DNA from: Daphnia carinata
Lineage: Eukaryota
Direction of reading: 5' to 3'
Assembly (NCBI RefSeq): GCF_022539665.2
Contig: NC_081332.1
Location: forward strand, 7,502,001-7,566,000
DNA: 64,000 nucleotides
The stretch's first letter is position 1. Each line of letters begins with the position of its first letter. This document shows positions 63,811-64,000 of this stretch, piece by piece. The position numbers and the translations under genes are program-made. The notes beneath the pieces are model-generated. The model searched no databases. It worked only from the letters and a program-made list of their open reading frames with translations, and was not told the DNA's origin.

Positions 63811-64000
63811 AATTAGCTTCAACGCAGTTGTTGCCGAGGCCTTTGTGGTTTCCGCGAAGCGTGGTAAACTTGTGCTTTGCACGTGTCTAGAGGCGTGAGG
63901 CTAAGATGATGTTTAGACGGAGACGTGTAAACTGGCTTTATTTTCGGCGTGATGACAGGATACTGCCTTTCACCGCGATATGCAAGATGAGGTCGCTTCT

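Overview
This is eukaryotic, repeat-rich arthropod DNA. Short GT-AG introns, RR-type cuticle genes and many tRNA pseudogenes suggest a Daphnia-like crustacean (inference). From left to right it holds: decayed unknown ORFs around an LTR-like segment; a young 5'-truncated RNase H-bearing LINE with a 12-bp TSD; decayed copies of a USP15/4/11-like gene and of the POLD1 3' end; an assembly gap; and a ~15.8-kb, almost perfectly homogeneous 268-bp tandem array. The last unit of that array runs directly into an intact, intronless ankyrin-repeat ORF, followed by PPT-LTR-PBS(tRNA-Gln) and a Ty3/Gypsy body. The body has gag, PR and IN (RT/RNase H deleted) and an env-like ORF that looks like a class III (rhabdo/chuvirus G-type) fusogen carrying two ricin-type lectin modules. 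Next comes a duplicated cuticle-protein/Gly-Tyr-rich gene cluster interleaved with tRNA pseudogenes. About 20 kb of TE material splits this cluster: a tRNA-like tandem array, an intron-containing DD35D pogo-type transposase between direct repeats, and Tx1/L1, Copia, BEL/Pao and non-autonomous DIRS1 elements. The best candidate for an undescribed system is the envelope-bearing Gypsy element with a lectin-decorated class III Env, an ankyrin accessory gene, and a satellite amplified from that gene's splice-acceptor/start region. All homology calls are by eye; no database searches were run.
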